In this document: in pieces, positions 60,340 to 64,000 of the stretch
Layout of the letters: each line of letters begins with the position of its first letter
How positions within the stretch are numbered: the first letter of the stretch is position 1
Origin: Zygnema circumcarinatum SAG 698-1b
Taxonomy: Eukaryota > Plantae > Zygnematophyceae
Direction of reading: 5' to 3'
NCBI GenBank assembly: GCA_037447605.1
Contig: CM074804.1
Location: 4,503,909 to 4,567,908 of the forward strand
Length of the DNA stretch: 64,000 bases
Position numbers and translations under genes: made by a program
The notes under the pieces: generated by a model
The model's database searches: none
The model's input: the letters and a program-made list of their open reading frames with translations, nothing else
What the model was told of the DNA's origin: nothing

Positions 60340-61912
60340 ATGGCGTCTCTCTCTCTGTCTGCGCCGGCGCGCCCACACGCTTCTGCAGATGCTAAATGCA
60401 GAGCCGCCGACATTGGCAGGGAAATGCTTTATGTCAGGAGTGCTGGAAACAGGACTCTCGCTGGTCGTGTCTTCGCACTTCCTATTTCGCAGAAGTCCCT
60501 GAAAGGAGGAGATTGTTGGCGTCCTCGGAGGTCTCTGAAGGTGCGGGCATTAAGTGCAGACGGGTTCTCTGGAGGAAATGGCAACGTGAAGGAGTTTTCC
60601 AATAGTAAGCTTGCGTCAGTTCCTCCATTCTCTGGCATGTTTGCATGGTCTGACTCTTGTGCTGTTTCTAGTTGTTTGAAAGCGAAATGTAGTTTTTTAT
60701 CATGAATTTGAAGCGCTGGAGATTTTTTGGTCAAGAACATACGACCCGTTTATCTGGAAACCAATCTCTAATTTGAGACTGCTTTTTTTATACCTTCTTC
60801 TTCTCTTTTATATCTTCTTTTTTATTTTTGCGAGTATTGTCATTTGGTTTATACCCTTTCCCTGAAAATCCGTAAAAAGGTCAATATTTACTAATAGCCT
60901 TTCCTTTGACGTTGTTGCAGAGGATGAATTTATGAAATACATTGAAGAGGCTGGAAACAAACTGGTATGTTAACTGGATGATAGATCTTTTTGGCTTTGT
61001 TTTCCTTTTTTTCACTTCTTTGCAATTTTATATAGTGTTTTACCTTTCCGTTTTGGAAGCCACATTAAGTGGATGTTCGAGGCAAAGATAAGTCACCGTC
61101 TGTTTTTCCAGAATTGCAGAATTGCTGTTTTTCCAGTCATGCTTCGTTGATAAACAGCTTCTTACTGTCATATGGCCAACCTTTATCTGATGGGCCTTAT
61201 TGGCTCTTTGTTCCACTATGCTGCAGGTGGTTGTGGATATCTCAACGAAGACCTGTGGCCCTTGTAAACTTATCTACCCAAAGTTTGTGCAGCTGAGCCT
61301 GGACTTTCCAGACGCCGTCTTTTTGAAGATTATGGGCGACTCGGATGCTGACACTCGTGTAAGGACTGCTCCTACAACTGCCGAGCATCTTTCTATAGCT
61401 GAAGGCATCTCGCTTGTTTTTGGTGGTAAACTTGCTTCGTATATTATGATTCCTTTCTTCACTCTCTGCGGCAAGCAGGCTCTCGACTTTCAACAACTAA
61501 GCATTCATTTTTTCTGAGGTCATTTGATAGCAAGTTTGCAATTGGACAATTTGATTTCTTAAATTTGGGGAGTGCTGGCAAGTCACTATGTGCAGCCGGC
61601 GGCAGGTTCGACGTTATTTGGTTATCCTTTCGTTGTGTTCCTTTGGTGTGAGACCGAAGCTAGCTCGAGGAAGGGTTTCCACTTTCTGCTCTCGCTTTCG
61701 CCCTTTTCTTCCTCTCTTGCAAAATAACGTCTAAATGCTTAGCGCAATCTTCCTATGCTTGTATGCAGGCTCTCATGCGTGAGTGGGGAGTACGATCAGT
61801 GCCTAACTTCCGCTTTTTCCAAAATGGATCGCTCATTCACTCACACACAGGGGCCAAGGAAGATGAGTTGCGCCGCAATTTTTTGAGCTTCTACTCCAAA
61901 GTTACTGTTTGA
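60340..61912 (+). CDS. Plastid thioredoxin, f/CDSP32-like, with an atypical TCGPC active site
   Basis: Exons 60340-60604, 60921-60964, 61227-61358 and 61769-61912 encode a transit peptide, then VVVDISTKTCGPCKLIYPKFVQLS...VFLKIMGD...WGVRSVPNFRFF...HTGAKEDEL. Confidence 0.85.
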
Positions 61913-63782
61913 TTTTTACACGTTGAGGATAAGCTTTATGCCAAAACTCAGGATGCAAAAGATCATTCTTCTTTTGGAAAAAAAGTATCTTATACAAATC
62001 CAGACAAGATTAGACATTGTAGAGCCATGTATAGGTCAGGGTGTGTGCAAGAAGTCCTGTAACCCTTCCATTTGCTTAACTGATCTCGCAGCTTCCAGTT
62101 GCAGGCTATGTCAGCTTTCTTGAGTCTGAGTTGAGATGACCACCGTGAATTCCCTGAAGATAAGCTGCTGCTCATAAATTCTACATGAGGGCCCGTAATT
62201 TATTCCGCTCATAATGCAATGGAGCTTGATTGCTTTGCTGACGCTTTTGATTGTATTTTTGGAATGCTGCATCAGTGTAGGGTTTTACTCAGAAGCGATG
62301 CAGGATTTGCATTGCCATCAATTAGTTAATCTATTTTTGATTAAAAGACTGGCTTAATGCTTCTGGTGCTGCTCTGCTCTAAAATCCCTGAACAGCTTGC
62401 AAGCAAGGATTTCGAAGGAACAGGTTCAGGGCGTTCAGGAAACAGCAGTTCAGTTCAGAGTGCACGGTATCAAATTCAGGATTTAGGGAAAGCAAAATTT
62501 GTAGAAAAAATCAATGTTGAATCTTTGCAATCAATCAGTTCCAAATATACGCCATTGGAAGAACAACGGGTGACGTACGACCAACCTATTTACACTTCTG
62601 TACACCTCCTGACTATTCTATCTTCAAGTTCTACCCACCACTTCAAGTTCTACCCACTAGGCAGTACCCTCCCTCATCTCTCTCATCCACCCTCCCGCTC
62701 TCCTTCTCCGTTCTCTCCTTCCACTCTACGTAAGCTTCTCCTAGCCGACAGCCACGTCAAACCAAAGGGAGAGTGAAAAACCAAAAGAACTGGGAGTGAC
62801 CAGCACCTAAGCACGTCCCGCCTGGTCCTTATTTTCAGTCTATAATGAGCCGTGCTCTGAAGGCAAGTGCTTTGTCCTTCCTTGGTTCCTCCCACAGACT
62901 CCGTCTGGACGGGACCCTTCAGAGAGTCTACAATGTACACGAGAAAGGACTCTAAAGCGAGTCCCCAGGGCCTAATCACATTACCCGGACCACTCCCTAA
63001 CCCGCTGCTCTCAGACTCCGAGGAAAATCGAATTTCAAGCGACGTTTTGACGCTCTCCGACTTTTCTGTACACCAGTTCCTATTCCCTCCCACGTCCCTG
63101 TCCAGATGAAACTGAATACTGGCATTGCCGCTATTCTTGGGCAATTGAATTAAGGTTCAGAGGTCACAGTCGGACCACAGGATGGGTTCAGGATGTTTGC
63201 CGCCCCCTCAGTTCCACGTTGTGGTGCTGCCGACAAAGCCATTTTCAAGTCTGCCAATGTGGGCGAAGCAGCTCAAAGTCAAACACCAAAGATGGTTAGG
63301 ACTCACAAACCAGTTTGCACAATGGGCGCAACTCTGCTACAGTACACCTTCGCACCACCTAAGGAGCCTGGGGACCTGAAAGGCACCACTGCAAATCCCG
63401 GACGGGCAGAGAGAAAGGTCTTGAATCAACAGTATGTCCCCGTAGATTGTCACAATATGCCCAAACGACATGAGCTGTTCAAATGCGCCTAAAAAACCAT
63501 AAACACTAGACGTGTGCTTGTAAAGCCAAGGACTGTTTAGGTGCGCCCATAACGCCATGGACAGCCTAGGTCTGACTGTAAAGGCATAACCCTTCTAGGC
63601 TTTGTGAGGTAAAAGCGTAAGCCTTCCCACCTGCGAAACCTATAAGCAATAAACTCGCATATTGAACACATCAGGGTACAAAAGCTTTCTACTTGTACAG
63701 AAAGTGGCGATAGTACGACTTTACCAAAGGCTAGGTCATCCCTTTTTGTACAGGCGTAGGGTTTGAGAGCACAGAAATACCT

Positions 63783-64000
63783 TCATCTGGAGGTCCGAAA
63801 TCCCACCCGTCCATGGAATTCTCACGGCTATGGTGGAAACGATCATGGTTTTGTTGCCCAAAAGGGTCGTCCTCCCCATGCATAATGCCTTCGATAGTCA
63901 AATGTTCCTGCTCCTCAGCTCCAAGCCTCTCCCCTATCTCCCTCTCTGGTTCTAAGCAATAAACAGCTTCGTTCACTATGCCATCTCGTTCTCGAGATTC
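63783..64000 (-). CDS. Possible exon of an unidentified gene entering from the right edge
   Basis: An acidic frame is open from the window end (ESRERDGIVNEAVY...DGWDFGPPDE) and ends at a plausible G|GTATTT donor. I recognise no domain. Confidence 0.3.

Noticed and set aside
29931-61912. Apparent redox/stress gene cluster (globins, SIP, ALPH, thioredoxins)
   Set aside because: These are unrelated families in mixed orientations with no shared pathway. Adjacency alone in a gene-dense eukaryote is not evidence of co-regulation.
62357-63492. ORFs of 80-153 aa on both strands near the right end
   Set aside because: I recognise no homology or consistent splice model; they may be the UTR or exons of the edge gene.

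Overview
Eukaryotic nuclear DNA with intron-rich genes (GT-AG) and plant-type proteins. It most likely comes from a streptophyte green alga or another non-seed streptophyte; this is an inference from land-plant-like genes plus an ApaH-like phosphatase. Genes from left to right: a BLTP3/UHRF1BP1-like chorein-N lipid-transfer protein (-, runs off the left edge), a P2B Ca2+-ATPase (-), an acylated CDPK-like kinase with degenerate EF-hands (-), a phytoglobin array (one + gene, a decayed third copy, one divergent - gene), a GH36 SIP-type alpha-galactosidase (-), tafazzin (+), an ApaH-like phosphatase (+), thioredoxin x (+), an atypical TCGPC thioredoxin (+), and a possible partial gene at the right edge. 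The most unusual non-genic feature is a 3.1-kb nest at 49.5-52.6 kb. There a ~160-bp hairpin element with an 8-bp TSD holds five MITE-like foldback elements and a 5'-truncated CRE-type (RLE) retrotransposon with a 10-bp TSD. Five more 3'-end fragments of that retroelement and three clusters of a CCAATGGTT motif are scattered across the window. Exon boundaries were read by eye; those of the large genes are approximate.
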